UHGV virus genome: UHGV-1629914 | Reading direction: 5' to 3' (one strand) | Source of the DNA: a virus | Length of the DNA stretch: 40,901 nucleotides | Shown here: in pieces, positions 18,696 to 26,527 of the stretch | Numbering within the stretch: the first letter of the stretch is position 1 | Layout: each line of letters opens with the position of its first letter | The notes under the pieces: generated by a model | Databases searched by the model: none | Told to the model about the DNA's origin: nothing | The model's input: the letters and a program-made list of their open reading frames with translations, nothing else | Position numbers and translations under genes: made by a program

Positions 18696-19664
18696 TTAGT
18701 CAAGCCAATGCAGCATATTCTCGTCATCAAAACGAGATTCAAGCTCAGCTGTTGTAATGAATGCAAGTTTGTTCAGCATATACTGCTGCAATTCACGTTT
18801 GCGAATTGATTCAAATCTGACAAATGTTTCAGGCACTTCAAGTTCGCCATCAGCATCATATGTTGCAACAGACGTGTCAACATTGATGTTATGAATCTTT
18901 TCACATGACACTCTGTACTTTGTCAAGTCAAAGCCTGGCATGCCATCATTACGAGGCAGCAAACTCCACATAGCAAAGTTTTCTACAGCTTCAGCAACAA
19001 ATGCAAGAGCTTCATGCATGTCAACACTGTAGTCTTCTATAAGATTTGCGTATAGTGTAGCTACAATGTTTTGATGTGTCGCAAGGTCAAGCTTATTGCT
19101 AATTGCATGCTCAAAAATGTCTTTGAAGTTCTCATACATAGTGAAGTTCTTCAAGACTAGCCGTTGTAATGCTGTGCGGTCTTCAAGAGCTGCGTATGCA
19201 GTGTCATCATGCATTGCAGAAGCCGCTGCTTGCTGAGCATTCAGTACAACTGATACGTCATGAATAACAAATTTTGAGTCAATCAGCACTGACACTGCAA
19301 TAAACGGTGCAACAGACTTTGAGTCTTTTTGAGCAAAGTCAATTTCGATGTGAAATGAATTGCCTTGTCGCGATTGCACTGAATGATAAATGTCGTAGTC
19401 ATTAACATACAACTTAAAGTGTTGCTTAATTGCATCATTGACTGCATTGATGCCTGCATCGTAAATGTTGCCAATCACTTCAAGTGCACGAGTGTTAAGT
19501 GTATGCGCAAGAAATGCTACATTTTGATAGTTGACGAGTTTGTGAGACAAATCAGTCGTGTTGTTAAGTTGTCTCATCAAATCATGCAGTGCATCGTATG
19601 ACAATTTGATGTCATCTAATGTGTCGCACTCATGTATTGCGTTAATTTGCTGTGCCAGAGTCAT
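18696..19664 (-). CDS. hypothetical protein (322 aa)
   Basis: ORF-track frame in operon orientation. Confidence 0.55.
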   Translation of the reverse strand: MTLAQQINAIHECDTLDDIKLSYDALHDLMRQLNNTTDLSHKLVNYQNVAFLAHTLNTRALEVIGNIYDAGINAVNDAIKQHFKLYVNDYDIYHSVQSRQGNSFHIEIDFAQKDSKSVAPFIAVSVLIDSKFVIHDVSVVLNAQQAAASAMHDDTAYAALEDRTALQRLVLKNFTMYENFKDIFEHAISNKLDLATHQNIVATLYANLIEDYSVDMHEALAFVAEAVENFAMWSLLPRNDGMPGFDLTKYRVSCEKIHNINVDTSVATYDADGELEVPETFVRFESIRKRELQQYMLNKLAFITTAELESRFDDENMLHWLD

Positions 19665-19908
19665 TTTGTGTATGTTCTTGATTTGCTTGTTCTGCTAAAT
19701 TGTCTATAAAAGCTTTGAGCAATGTAATGATTGTTGTTAGCAACTGAATTTGAAACAATACAATGCTAAACACTACAATTGCTACAATGCAAATTGAAAT
19801 GAAGAGCATATTGATGTCAAATTTGTTTGCTATCAATGTTTGCAGCCAAGTTATGACTGCAAACATTGAAATCAGTATGAATGTTTTGTGCTGTGATAAC
19901 GATTTCAT
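19642..19908 (-). CDS. small membrane protein (88 aa)
   Basis: Two hydrophobic segments (FILISMFAVITWL and ICIVAIVVFSIVLF); ATGA overlap at 19905-19908. Confidence 0.4.
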   Translation of the reverse strand: MKSLSQHKTFILISMFAVITWLQTLIANKFDINMLFISICIVAIVVFSIVLFQIQLLTTIITLLKAFIDNLAEQANQEHTQNDSGTAN

Positions 19909-20624
19909 TTGAAATGTATGGATGTTGGATTAGTGTCGGTCATTCTAACATGCCAGTCATAAATGAACCATCTTGCGAGGTCGTCATTTTTGATGTTATG
20001 AGTTTTGACATACTGTTCAGGACCTAATGACTCGCCGGTTTCAGGATTGACTGCGAAGTGGGATTCATCTACATTAGTAGACTTGTTTTTGATGTTTGAG
20101 ATTCGGAGCTTTGTATGCAGTTCAGTGCCGTCAGATTGTAGTGTTTTGACATAGAATGCAGTTTTTGTTGTTGCTTCATTGTCAAGCCATACTCCAAACT
20201 TAACTCCATGTGATTTCCAATATGCATTGTCAGCATCCCTGATTGCTTTGAAGTTCGGGTCATCAAGCCAAGGCTTGAAGACGTATACAGCATGTTGTTC
20301 TTTTCGAGTGATTTCGCCTTTGCCTTCACAAACTGTATGATACAGCCGCATTGCAGTTTCTTCATCAAAATAGTAAGTCAGATTGCCTGGCTTATCGAAT
20401 GTGCCAAGCTGTTGACCATCGATTACGAGAATGAATGTGTAATGCGAATCCTTGAAGAACTCTACTCGTACAGGTTGTTTGTGCTGTCTGCTGTTAAGCA
20501 GTCTGTCAATTGTAATGACTGCCCAGTTGGTGCCTGTCTTTGTTTTGTTGCCATGAAACAGTTCAGGATATGAAACTGTGTAAGGCAATGCTTTGTACTT
20601 CCAATGTTCATTAAAGCTTTTCAT
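19905..20624 (-). CDS. hypothetical protein (239 aa)
   Basis: ORF-track frame preceded by the repeat- and promoter-rich intergenic region 20625-20975. Confidence 0.55.
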   Translation of the reverse strand: MKSFNEHWKYKALPYTVSYPELFHGNKTKTGTNWAVITIDRLLNSRQHKQPVRVEFFKDSHYTFILVIDGQQLGTFDKPGNLTYYFDEETAMRLYHTVCEGKGEITRKEQHAVYVFKPWLDDPNFKAIRDADNAYWKSHGVKFGVWLDNEATTKTAFYVKTLQSDGTELHTKLRISNIKNKSTNVDESHFAVNPETGESLGPEQYVKTHNIKNDDLARWFIYDWHVRMTDTNPTSIHFK

Positions 20625-20646
20625 ATGTAGAGATTTTTGTAGTTTG

Positions 20647-20700
20647 TATCAATTGCATTCTATATCAATTGCATTCTATATCAATTGCATCTTGTATCAA
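20647..20700. repeat. 16-bp direct tandem repeat, about 3.4 copies (TATCAATTGCATTCTA)
   Basis: Two exact copies, one variant copy and a partial, each containing the palindrome CAATTG, in the 5' leader of gene 19905..20624. Confidence 0.85.
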
Positions 20701-20723
20701 ATACATTATATTGATATATGATA

Positions 20724-20754
20724 ATTGTACTACAAAAATCCCAAATTTGCACAC
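20724..20754 (-). promoter_or_regulatory. class A promoter-like motif
   Basis: Coding strand reads GTGTGCAAATTTGGGATTTTTGTAGTACAAT. Confidence 0.45.
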
Positions 20755-20797
20755 TTTGATAATCAAAAGTGCAAACAAAATTCAAAGTTATATTGTA

Positions 20798-20829
20798 CAT
20801 CATAAAGTGCAAATTTGCACTTTATGATG
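20798..20829. repeat. 32-bp perfect palindrome CATCATAAAGTGCAAATTTGCACTTTATGATG
   Basis: Exact reverse-complement symmetry checked base by base; contains GTGCAAATTTGCAC, the core of the class A motif. Confidence 0.85.
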
Positions 20830-20842
20830 CTAAAATGTTGCC

Positions 20843-20871
20843 ATTGTACAACGCTTTGCGCTATTTTGCAC
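20843..20871 (-). promoter_or_regulatory. class A promoter-like motif (second copy in the same intergenic region)
   Basis: Coding strand reads GTGCAAAATAGCGCAAAGCGTTGTACAAT. Confidence 0.45.
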
Positions 20872-20975
20872 AAAGCAGCATGTTAAAATGTAACCATTTA
20901 TAACGCTGCAAATGTCTGCATAAAATAAGCAGCTTAGCAATCTAAGCTGCTGTCATTGTATGCATGCAGTCACTG

Positions 20976-21461
20976 TCATTTGTAGTGCTCAGTTATGTAT
21001 GCTGAGCATAGCAATACAACTGATATGCAAATGACAATGTATGTTGGTGTAATCAGTGTCACATTAAATAGCAATGCAGTCAATGCACATACTGTTACTG
21101 ATATGAGTGTTGAAATGAATGCTGCATATGTACTAAACTTGCTTTTGAATAGACGCTCAATGATGTACGTTGTCGCAACAGACAGTAAGACTACACATGC
21201 AAATAACAACAGCCAAGTTGAGTTTGACGTTGTCGGCTCTTCAATAAATTGCAATGTTGCAGATGGCACTTCAACGTTGTTTGGCGCTTGTAAAGTGCCA
21301 CTCACTGCATCTGCATACATCACAGTTAAGTAGTGTCGTTGAATTTCTGCTGCGTCTACTTTATAGATTCTATGCCATGCAACATCTGATATGATGTATG
21401 TTGCAGCCATAAATGCGGCAATGCATAGCATATAAGAGCCAAACTTTGCAATCGGTTTCAT
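20976..21461 (-). CDS. multi-pass membrane protein (about 160 aa)
   Basis: Several hydrophobic segments. The ORF-track start at 21509 is a TTG inside a terminator hairpin, so the start was moved to the internal ATG (MKPIAKFG). Confidence 0.45.
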   Translation of the reverse strand: MKPIAKFGSYMLCIAAFMAATYIISDVAWHRIYKVDAAEIQRHYLTVMYADAVSGTLQAPNNVEVPSATLQFIEEPTTSNSTWLLLFACVVLLSVATTYIIERLFKSKFSTYAAFISTLISVTVCALTALLFNVTLITPTYIVICISVVLLCSAYITEHYK

Positions 21462-21491
21462 GCAAATATATTTTTGTTTGTATATGTACAT

Positions 21492-21525
21492 AAAAGAGCA
21501 AGTTCTCAATGTGGAGAACTTGCTC
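21492..21525 (-). terminator. intrinsic terminator (12-bp perfect stem plus T-run)
   Basis: GAGCAAGTTCTC / GAGAACTTGCTC stem with a 6-nt loop, followed on the minus strand by TTTTATG. Confidence 0.55.
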
Positions 21526-21866
21526 AGCTGACCTGTTGCCAGGTGAAAGCGTGGTGCAGCACCTTGTGCTGCAATGGCTATGCTGCCATCGCCATAACGG
21601 GCTGAGCATTGCCCAGCATCATTACACGACCAGCTGCGTTAAGCATACGCTTTGCTTTGTTGAAAAATTTGCCAGTTATTGGCTATACACATCTGTTCGT
21701 ACACGTTCATAAGCCGTCAAATACCTGTCACCCCCAATGCTTGGACAGTTGTCAGTCAGTTGTCCAGCTGACTGCAGTCTTTCTGAGTGTATCAAGTTCA
21801 GCGATTCTGCATCTAAAATGGCAATGGTTCAAAATGTGGAGGTGCCGCCATCGAAGGCGGGTCCGT
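21526..21866 (-). ncRNA. candidate circularly permuted (two-piece) tmRNA, ssrA-like
   Basis: (1) T-arm-like hairpin CCGCC-TTCGAT-GGCGG followed by CACCTCC plus A at 21860-21837. (2) About 100 nt downstream, GGGGGTG (21735-21729) pairs with CACCTCC over 7/7 positions with G3-U70 and discriminator A. (3) GGGGGUGACAGGUAUUUGACGGC resembles the conserved tmRNA 5' region. (4) A short frame ends ...GNAQPVMAMAA-UAG, followed by a hairpin. (5) About 48% GC locally. (6) Terminator at 21492-21525. Confidence 0.45.
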
Positions 21867-21876
21867 GCAAACTACG

Positions 21877-22707
21877 TTACGACTTCTTGCTTTCGCAACT
21901 TGTCGACATGTATGGGTTTATATTGTGAGTATTACAAAAATCTTTATACCATGCAATAAAGTCTGCAATTTGCTGTTTACATAAGTGCTTAAATTTATGC
22001 GCATCCCAATATTGAATACGATACACAGTGTAACCTATCGATGACATAAATATATCGCGCTTAGTATCTCGTTCAATGTGTTCTGGATATCTATGCTGTT
22101 TGCCGTCAATTTCAAGGTCTACATTGCCAGGCAATCTAAAATCAAGAAAATATACGCCATGTGCAGACGAATCATAATCTCGCTTATTTATACGATATTG
22201 AAACTCATATGCAATATGCTCAATGTCAAGTACACCTTTCCAATATGATTCTGCAAATGTTATAGTATTTCTTGCAGCCCACGGCTTATTTCGGCCATCC
22301 TCAAAAGATTTACGAACTTTATCACCTATCTTTTTACGAGTATTTTCTGAATGTCGTATATTATGACCAGCAGCAAACCATTTGTTATTGGCTTTATAAG
22401 TTTCATCGGCAAATAATTGTTTCATTCTATTTGACTGACGCTTACGTGCTGCAGAAGACCATTTGCCTTTGCCACCCTTACTTTCCTGATATTGACGTTT
22501 TTGTTCTGCACGTGTAGGCACTTTATGCGCACGTGCTAACTTATTATGTTTAGAACGTCCAGCAGCAACAAATGCTGCGTTCATTCTTTTACGTGTCTCA
22601 GGATGTTTTTTGTGATAATTGTTTTGCAACATTTGAATGTGCACACCAATTGCAACAAAATCTACCGCTGCCATATGTGCCATCATGTTCTTTTCCACAA
22701 TTTTCAC
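21877..22707 (-). CDS. freestanding homing-endonuclease-like protein (NUMOD3-like motifs plus C-terminal Vsr/DUF559-like PD-(D/E)xK-type domain)
   Basis: 276 aa with HPETRKRM and HSENTRKKIGDK (NUMOD3-like) and C-terminal VDLEIDGKQH ... GYTVYRIQYW resembling the Vsr/DUF559 core; sits between the tRNA cluster and the tmRNA candidate. Confidence 0.55.
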   Translation of the reverse strand: MKIVEKNMMAHMAAVDFVAIGVHIQMLQNNYHKKHPETRKRMNAAFVAAGRSKHNKLARAHKVPTRAEQKRQYQESKGGKGKWSSAARKRQSNRMKQLFADETYKANNKWFAAGHNIRHSENTRKKIGDKVRKSFEDGRNKPWAARNTITFAESYWKGVLDIEHIAYEFQYRINKRDYDSSAHGVYFLDFRLPGNVDLEIDGKQHRYPEHIERDTKRDIFMSSIGYTVYRIQYWDAHKFKHLCKQQIADFIAWYKDFCNTHNINPYMSTSCESKKS

Positions 22708-22735
22708 AAATATGCATAAGATATTAAAAGTTTTT

Positions 22736-22811
22736 GCAGCGCACCGAGATTCGAACTCGGACTCCCACCACTACAGTGGTACTCTACCGTTAAGCTACAC
22801 GTCTTTACAAG
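22736..22811 (-). other. tRNA-like element: clear T-arm plus 3' acceptor strand, 5' half does not fold canonically
   Basis: CCGAG-TTCGAAT-CTCGG then TGCGCTG-C at 22760-22736; no complementary 5' acceptor strand or cloverleaf found by hand upstream. Confidence 0.25.
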
Positions 22812-22889
22812 TGCCAAACACTGCAATATTTGACAAAAGTGCCAACATCAATCTACGTTCAATTGCAGTTGAATTAGTAGATATCGTTG

Positions 22890-22973
22890 AGCCAGTGGTC
22901 AGATTCGAACTGACGTGAGGCAATGCCTACCGGGTTACAAATCCGGTGGAGTCGACCGCTGTCCCACACTGGC
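22890..22973 (-). tRNA. class II (long variable arm) tRNA, anticodon ambiguous: loop UUUGUAA gives UGU by canonical register
   Basis: Perfect 7-bp acceptor GCCAGTG/CACTGGC, D-arm GGA-CAGCGGTCGAC-TCC, anticodon stem CCGGA/CCCGG (one A-C mismatch), variable arm AGGC-ATT-GCCT, T-arm GTCAG-TTCGAAT-CTGAC; 84 nt, no encoded CCA. Confidence 0.6.
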
Positions 22974-23044
22974 ATAAAGTCGTTGGGCCATTGCAACCCA
23001 AACCTATCATCTTTGCCTAACCAAAGATGCAAGCGCTCTCTTAC

Positions 23045-23116
23045 ACCACGACTTGTAGCCGAACTTGGAGTCGAACCAAGCTTTCGAGAATGAAAATCTC
23101 GCGTCCTAACCGATAG
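23045..23116 (-). tRNA. tRNA-Glu (anticodon UUC)
   Basis: D-arm GTCT-ATCGGTTA-GGAC, anticodon arm CGAGA-TTTTCAT-TCTCG, T-arm CTTGG-TTCGACT-CCAAG; acceptor GGCCGTT/TTCGGCT has two U-U mismatches. Confidence 0.6.
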
Positions 23117-23314
23117 ACGAAACGGCCAAGAGCAGTTCAAGTCTGCAGCATTGAACTGCGGAAGCAATGCCTGTACGGGCAGCAAATTGTGCAGATACAG
23201 CGACATTGCAAAATCACACCGAACCAAGTTTGTGCTTTCGAATATCAATTTGTATTGACCGCAGTCATTATACTTGGCACCAATGACTACTGATGTAAAA
23301 ATCGGTGTGTTACG

Positions 23315-23399
23315 CGGAGAGTAAGGGATTCGAACCCCTGGTACGTTGCCGTACAGTGGTTTTCAAGACCACCGCCATCGACCGCTCGGCCAACTCTCC
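23315..23399 (-). tRNA. tRNA-Ser (anticodon UGA), class II
   Basis: Perfect acceptor GGAGAGT/ACTCTCC, D-loop GAGCGGTCGAT, anticodon arm GTGGT-CTTGAAA-ACCAC, variable arm GTACG-GCAA-CGTAC, T-loop TTCGAAT. Confidence 0.8.
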
Positions 23400-23592
23400 G
23401 TAAAACATTGCATAAGCATTCTTATCTCTTGATGAGACCAAGTAGCTAATTTGGCAAGTTTGTTATATCTATCGTGACTGCTGCAGTTTGTTTGTCACTC
23501 AATACACAAAACTTTCGAACATTCATTGACAGCACTGCAATATCGCTTTTTAAGCTCAGCCATCAATGTATTTATGCAATGTATAACAATTC

Positions 23593-23674
23593 GTAGCCAA
23601 ACCGGGACTTGAACCCAGACTCCTAATGGAACAACATTTTGAGTGTTGCGTGTCTACCAATTCCACCATTTGGC
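23593..23674 (-). tRNA. tRNA-Leu (anticodon CAA), class II
   Basis: Acceptor GGCCAAA/TTTGGCT, anticodon arm CAACA-CTCAAAA-TGTTG, long variable arm, T-arm CTGGG-TTCAAGT-CCCGG. Confidence 0.8.
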
Positions 23675-23778
23675 CATTTGCAAATGCAAGCTGTTTCACA
23701 ACTGTTTGCATTTGCTGTCGTAAATTCGTATTGTTTAACTTCTAAAACAGAATTCATCTAATTAAAACCAGAGAATTG

Positions 23779-23851
23779 TAGGGAAGACCGGACTCGAACC
23801 GACGACCACTTGCTCCCAAAGCAAGCATGCTACCAACTGCACCACTTCCCT
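23779..23851 (-). tRNA. tRNA-Pro (anticodon UGG)
   Basis: Perfect acceptor AGGGAAG/CTTCCCT, D-loop AGTTGGTA, anticodon arm CTTGC-TTTGGGA-GCAAG, T-loop TTCGAGT. Confidence 0.8.
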
Positions 23852-23857
23852 AAATTG

Positions 23858-23929
23858 TTGAGACGGCAGAATTCGAATCTGCATTACAGGAACCAAAATC
23901 CTGGGTCTTAACCATTGGACGACGTCTCA
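23858..23929 (-). tRNA. tRNA-Gln (anticodon UUG)
   Basis: Perfect acceptor TGAGACG/CGTCTCA, anticodon arm CAGGA-TTTTGGT-TCCTG, T-arm GCAGA-TTCGAAT-TCTGC. Confidence 0.75.
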
Positions 23930-24061
23930 ATCAAATGCAAATCTTTGTAAGGCGTTTGCAATCCTGTAATTTGTTTATGTATTTTTGTTTATTTAGTAAT
24001 TATATGAATATATTACTACAAACATTTATGATTTGCACAATATACTGCAACTTTGTATCAC

Positions 24062-24424
24062 TTAATTGTACAATGTTATTCTGTCTTTGATTTTGTGCAT
24101 ATGCAGTGCACTTGCAATATCTACTGGCAACTTATACGACCCATCAGATATCGCAAATGCAGCAAGTTGCATAATCAAATCTGCATTGTCTGTAAGAACT
24201 TCTGCAAATTTACTGGTATCACAACATGCGTAGTATTTGCGAATTGCTGCTGCTTGCTTTTGTATGATGACACGCACATACACAGTCTGAGCAATGATTG
24301 CGCGTCGTAAATCGACTTTGACAATACACATAGTGTCATCATGGTCATTTATGACATGTCGCCATACGCCGTCATTGCAAATGCCATGCTGTGCTATAAG
24401 TGTTTTCGTGATATCAGACATCAT
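24062..24424 (-). CDS. hypothetical protein (120 aa)
   Basis: ORF-track frame in operon orientation. Confidence 0.45.
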   Translation of the reverse strand: MMSDITKTLIAQHGICNDGVWRHVINDHDDTMCIVKVDLRRAIIAQTVYVRVIIQKQAAAIRKYYACCDTSKFAEVLTDNADLIMQLAAFAISDGSYKLPVDIASALHMHKIKDRITLYN

Positions 24425-24469
24425 CTCTGTTCAAATATAATTTTTTGATAATAAAATTCCATACAAATA

Positions 24470-24859
24470 TCATTCGATGTTACCAGATAATATCCGAATG
24501 GCATCCAATGCATTTTCTCGTATCAAGCCAAACTTACCTATAACTTGAACAAAATGTTTGTCATTTTCAAATGTTGAGTCATCAAGAATGACATACTGCT
24601 TGATGTTGTGTTTCTCAACAAGTGCAGGCACTGCAGCAAATCTGTCATGAAAGCCCTCAGCATAAATTGATGGCAACAAATAGCCTGGCATATTACGCTT
24701 AAGCCACATTGTCTTGCAGTCATCAAGAATAGCCCAGCTACTTATCAAGCATATTGCACCAACATCTGACATCTGACAAATGTATCTCAACCAGCCAACA
24801 CCATCAATGTCCAAGAATATCACTTTGTCAGGCCAAATCACTTTGCTTGCTGTGTTCAT
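24470..24859 (-). CDS. possible HAD-like hydrolase (129 aa)
   Basis: N-terminal VIFLDIDGV resembles HAD motif I and VILDDS a later Asp motif; weak. Confidence 0.35.
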   Translation of the reverse strand: MNTASKVIWPDKVIFLDIDGVGWLRYICQMSDVGAICLISSWAILDDCKTMWLKRNMPGYLLPSIYAEGFHDRFAAVPALVEKHNIKQYVILDDSTFENDKHFVQVIGKFGLIRENALDAIRILSGNIE

Positions 24860-25703
24860 GACGATGTTTTGTTATGTCTTCTACTGTCAGCTTGAGTTCA
24901 GGCCAAGCGTCAAACACTTTCTGCAGCTGCTCATCTGACTTGTTAAGAAGCTTCTTGTATGTAGTGCTCAATGACTGATAATTAGCATCAATAGCTTTGC
25001 TGATGTGCACAAGTGGTATTTGCAAATGCACAATACAATGTAGCACAAATGCTTGTTTACGAAGTCTTTGAACACCACCATCCAAACGCCAAATTTGTAG
25101 TACACCTGCATTCAGTGCGTCTTCATACAATGACTGTACAACTTGTATGTTATGCTCTGCTGTAGCACGTCTGTTATCGCGCTTTGCTATTACAAGCGAC
25201 TTACGTGAATCTGGGCGTTGTCTTGTGTGCTTAGTAGTCTGTACTGTGACATTATTGATATGACTATGAGTTTTCTCAACATCAATGAATTCAGTACGAT
25301 GTTCTTTTGCTGCAGTTTTTCGTCTGCCAAGTATATGTTTGTCATACACTTGTTCTTGCAGTCGTTCAGACAACTCTGCTTGCAAATCTGCAACTTGTTT
25401 GCGTAATGTAACATTCTGCGCAGATTGCTGTGCTGCAATATCTGCAACAGACATAATATCAAAGACGGTGTTGAGCTGCAGCCATACGTTATATGCGCAT
25501 TCTACAATATGACGTTTGGCTGCATCAATTGTTGCAAATTGCTCACGAGTCTTAAATGCATCAAGCATTGTGCTTATGACATACGTATGCTCACGTTGAA
25601 TTATGGTGACATTGATGCTGCCAATTGTTGCAGTCCATTGCATTGGCGCAGATAACTGCACATTGACAGATGCATCAATAGACTTGCGCAATGAATCAAA
25701 CAT
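24828..25703 (-). CDS. hypothetical protein (291 aa)
   Basis: ORF-track frame; a C7 tract on the coding strand lies about 10 nt upstream of its ATG. Confidence 0.5.
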   Translation of the reverse strand: MFDSLRKSIDASVNVQLSAPMQWTATIGSINVTIIQREHTYVISTMLDAFKTREQFATIDAAKRHIVECAYNVWLQLNTVFDIMSVADIAAQQSAQNVTLRKQVADLQAELSERLQEQVYDKHILGRRKTAAKEHRTEFIDVEKTHSHINNVTVQTTKHTRQRPDSRKSLVIAKRDNRRATAEHNIQVVQSLYEDALNAGVLQIWRLDGGVQRLRKQAFVLHCIVHLQIPLVHISKAIDANYQSLSTTYKKLLNKSDEQLQKVFDAWPELKLTVEDITKHRHEHSKQSDLA

Positions 25704-25722
25704 GGTTGCTTGTGGGGGGGCA

Positions 25723-26232
25723 TCATAACATTATGAGTTGTTGACGTGCTTGCATCTGCTCAATGCAATCATCACCTGTTATGCACAAATACTGAGGCAA
25801 CTTGTCAAGTGAAATGAGCGTGCAAATGTATGGGTCAAAGAACTTATTTGTTGATGCAAGCAAATCGTAAAATAGACATGCTTGTTCTGCGTCAAGTCGA
25901 GTAACAACAAGTCTATTGTATCCAGGCGCGTCAAACCCGCATTTGAGCAAATGTCTACCGACATGTATGTCATTGCCCATTGTCAATGTGGCTGCAAGCA
26001 TGCTGTCGCATTCTACTGTAGGTTCTGAGTAATGCCAGTTAATTGATGCATATGCAGTTAGCACATACATGCCAGCAGTCACATCCCATTCAGACTCTGC
26101 AATAATTGCCCATGTGCGCTTGCCATTATGTTCAATTTCGACAAAGTCACCTCTTGTGAATGAATCTACAAGCTTTGCAGTTATCAGATACTGCAGTTGT
26201 TCTGTGCTATTGTATTTGATGCAAGTTTTCAT
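25723..26232 (-). CDS. hypothetical protein (169 aa)
   Basis: ORF-track frame in operon orientation. Confidence 0.5.
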   Translation of the reverse strand: MKTCIKYNSTEQLQYLITAKLVDSFTRGDFVEIEHNGKRTWAIIAESEWDVTAGMYVLTAYASINWHYSEPTVECDSMLAATLTMGNDIHVGRHLLKCGFDAPGYNRLVVTRLDAEQACLFYDLLASTNKFFDPYICTLISLDKLPQYLCITGDDCIEQMQARQQLIML

Positions 26233-26527
26233 AATCTGTCAATATGAAACATCTAACAAGTTTTGAAACAAGTCGTCTATGACCCGTCTCAACTCGTATC
26301 ATATGCTTGGTGAATAGTGGCCCTGTTGCTGTTGCACAATGTCTGTCAAGGGCATTTAGTACTTTATTCATTGCAATCAATGGGTGCAAATGACTATTCG
26401 GCCAGCATTCTTCTGCAATGTATGTCAAAATGCCATCGCCATATGACACGACTGCGCATTTATCTGCAATAAGATGCTTCTTAGCAATCTCTGCAACTTT
26501 CTGTGTAGAACAACGCATTACAATCAA
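26207..26527 (-). CDS. hypothetical protein (106 aa)
   Basis: ORF-track frame; ATGA overlap with the topoisomerase gene stop at 26524-26527. Confidence 0.4.
   Translation of the reverse strand: MIVMRCSTQKVAEIAKKHLIADKCAVVSYGDGILTYIAEECWPNSHLHPLIAMNKVLNALDRHCATATGPLFTKHMIRVETGHRRLVSKLVRCFILTDYENLHQIQ

Noticed and set aside
20647-20700. CRISPR array
   Set aside because: Repeats are 16 bp, directly abutting with no spacers; no cas genes; not CRISPR-like.
21526-21735. Standard one-piece tmRNA arrangement (5' acceptor, tag, then T-arm and 3' acceptor downstream)
   Set aside because: No T-arm or complementary 3' acceptor strand was found between the tag-like frame and the terminator; the only complementary acceptor strand lies upstream, which fits a permuted gene.
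21880-21895. 10-12 nt match to the 16S rRNA 3' end (AGAAGTCGTAAC) on the minus strand
   Set aside because: It lies within the 3' coding end of the homing-endonuclease gene and is short enough to be chance; no further rRNA-like sequence follows.
21370-21959. Overlapping ORFs on both strands in the GC-enriched region (21370..21609 minus; 21509..21712, 21609..21959 and 21737..21928 plus)
   Set aside because: Mutually overlapping frames on both strands in a GC-richer stretch are typical of structured RNA rather than protein; none has a start context or a fit to the operon, and the region is better explained by the tmRNA-like element.
22975-23044. Possible additional tRNA in the 70-nt spacer between the class II tRNA and tRNA-Glu
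   Set aside because: Only an 8-bp hairpin with a 6-nt loop is present; no T-loop, acceptor pairing or cloverleaf could be built.
22874-23248. 124-aa minus-strand ORF across the tRNA island
   Set aside because: It overlaps two confidently folded tRNA genes; spurious frame in a relatively GC-rich RNA region.
25714-25720. The two G7 tracts as a significant enrichment
   Set aside because: At this base composition roughly one G7/C7 run per 40 kb is expected by chance; only their position next to start codons is noteworthy.
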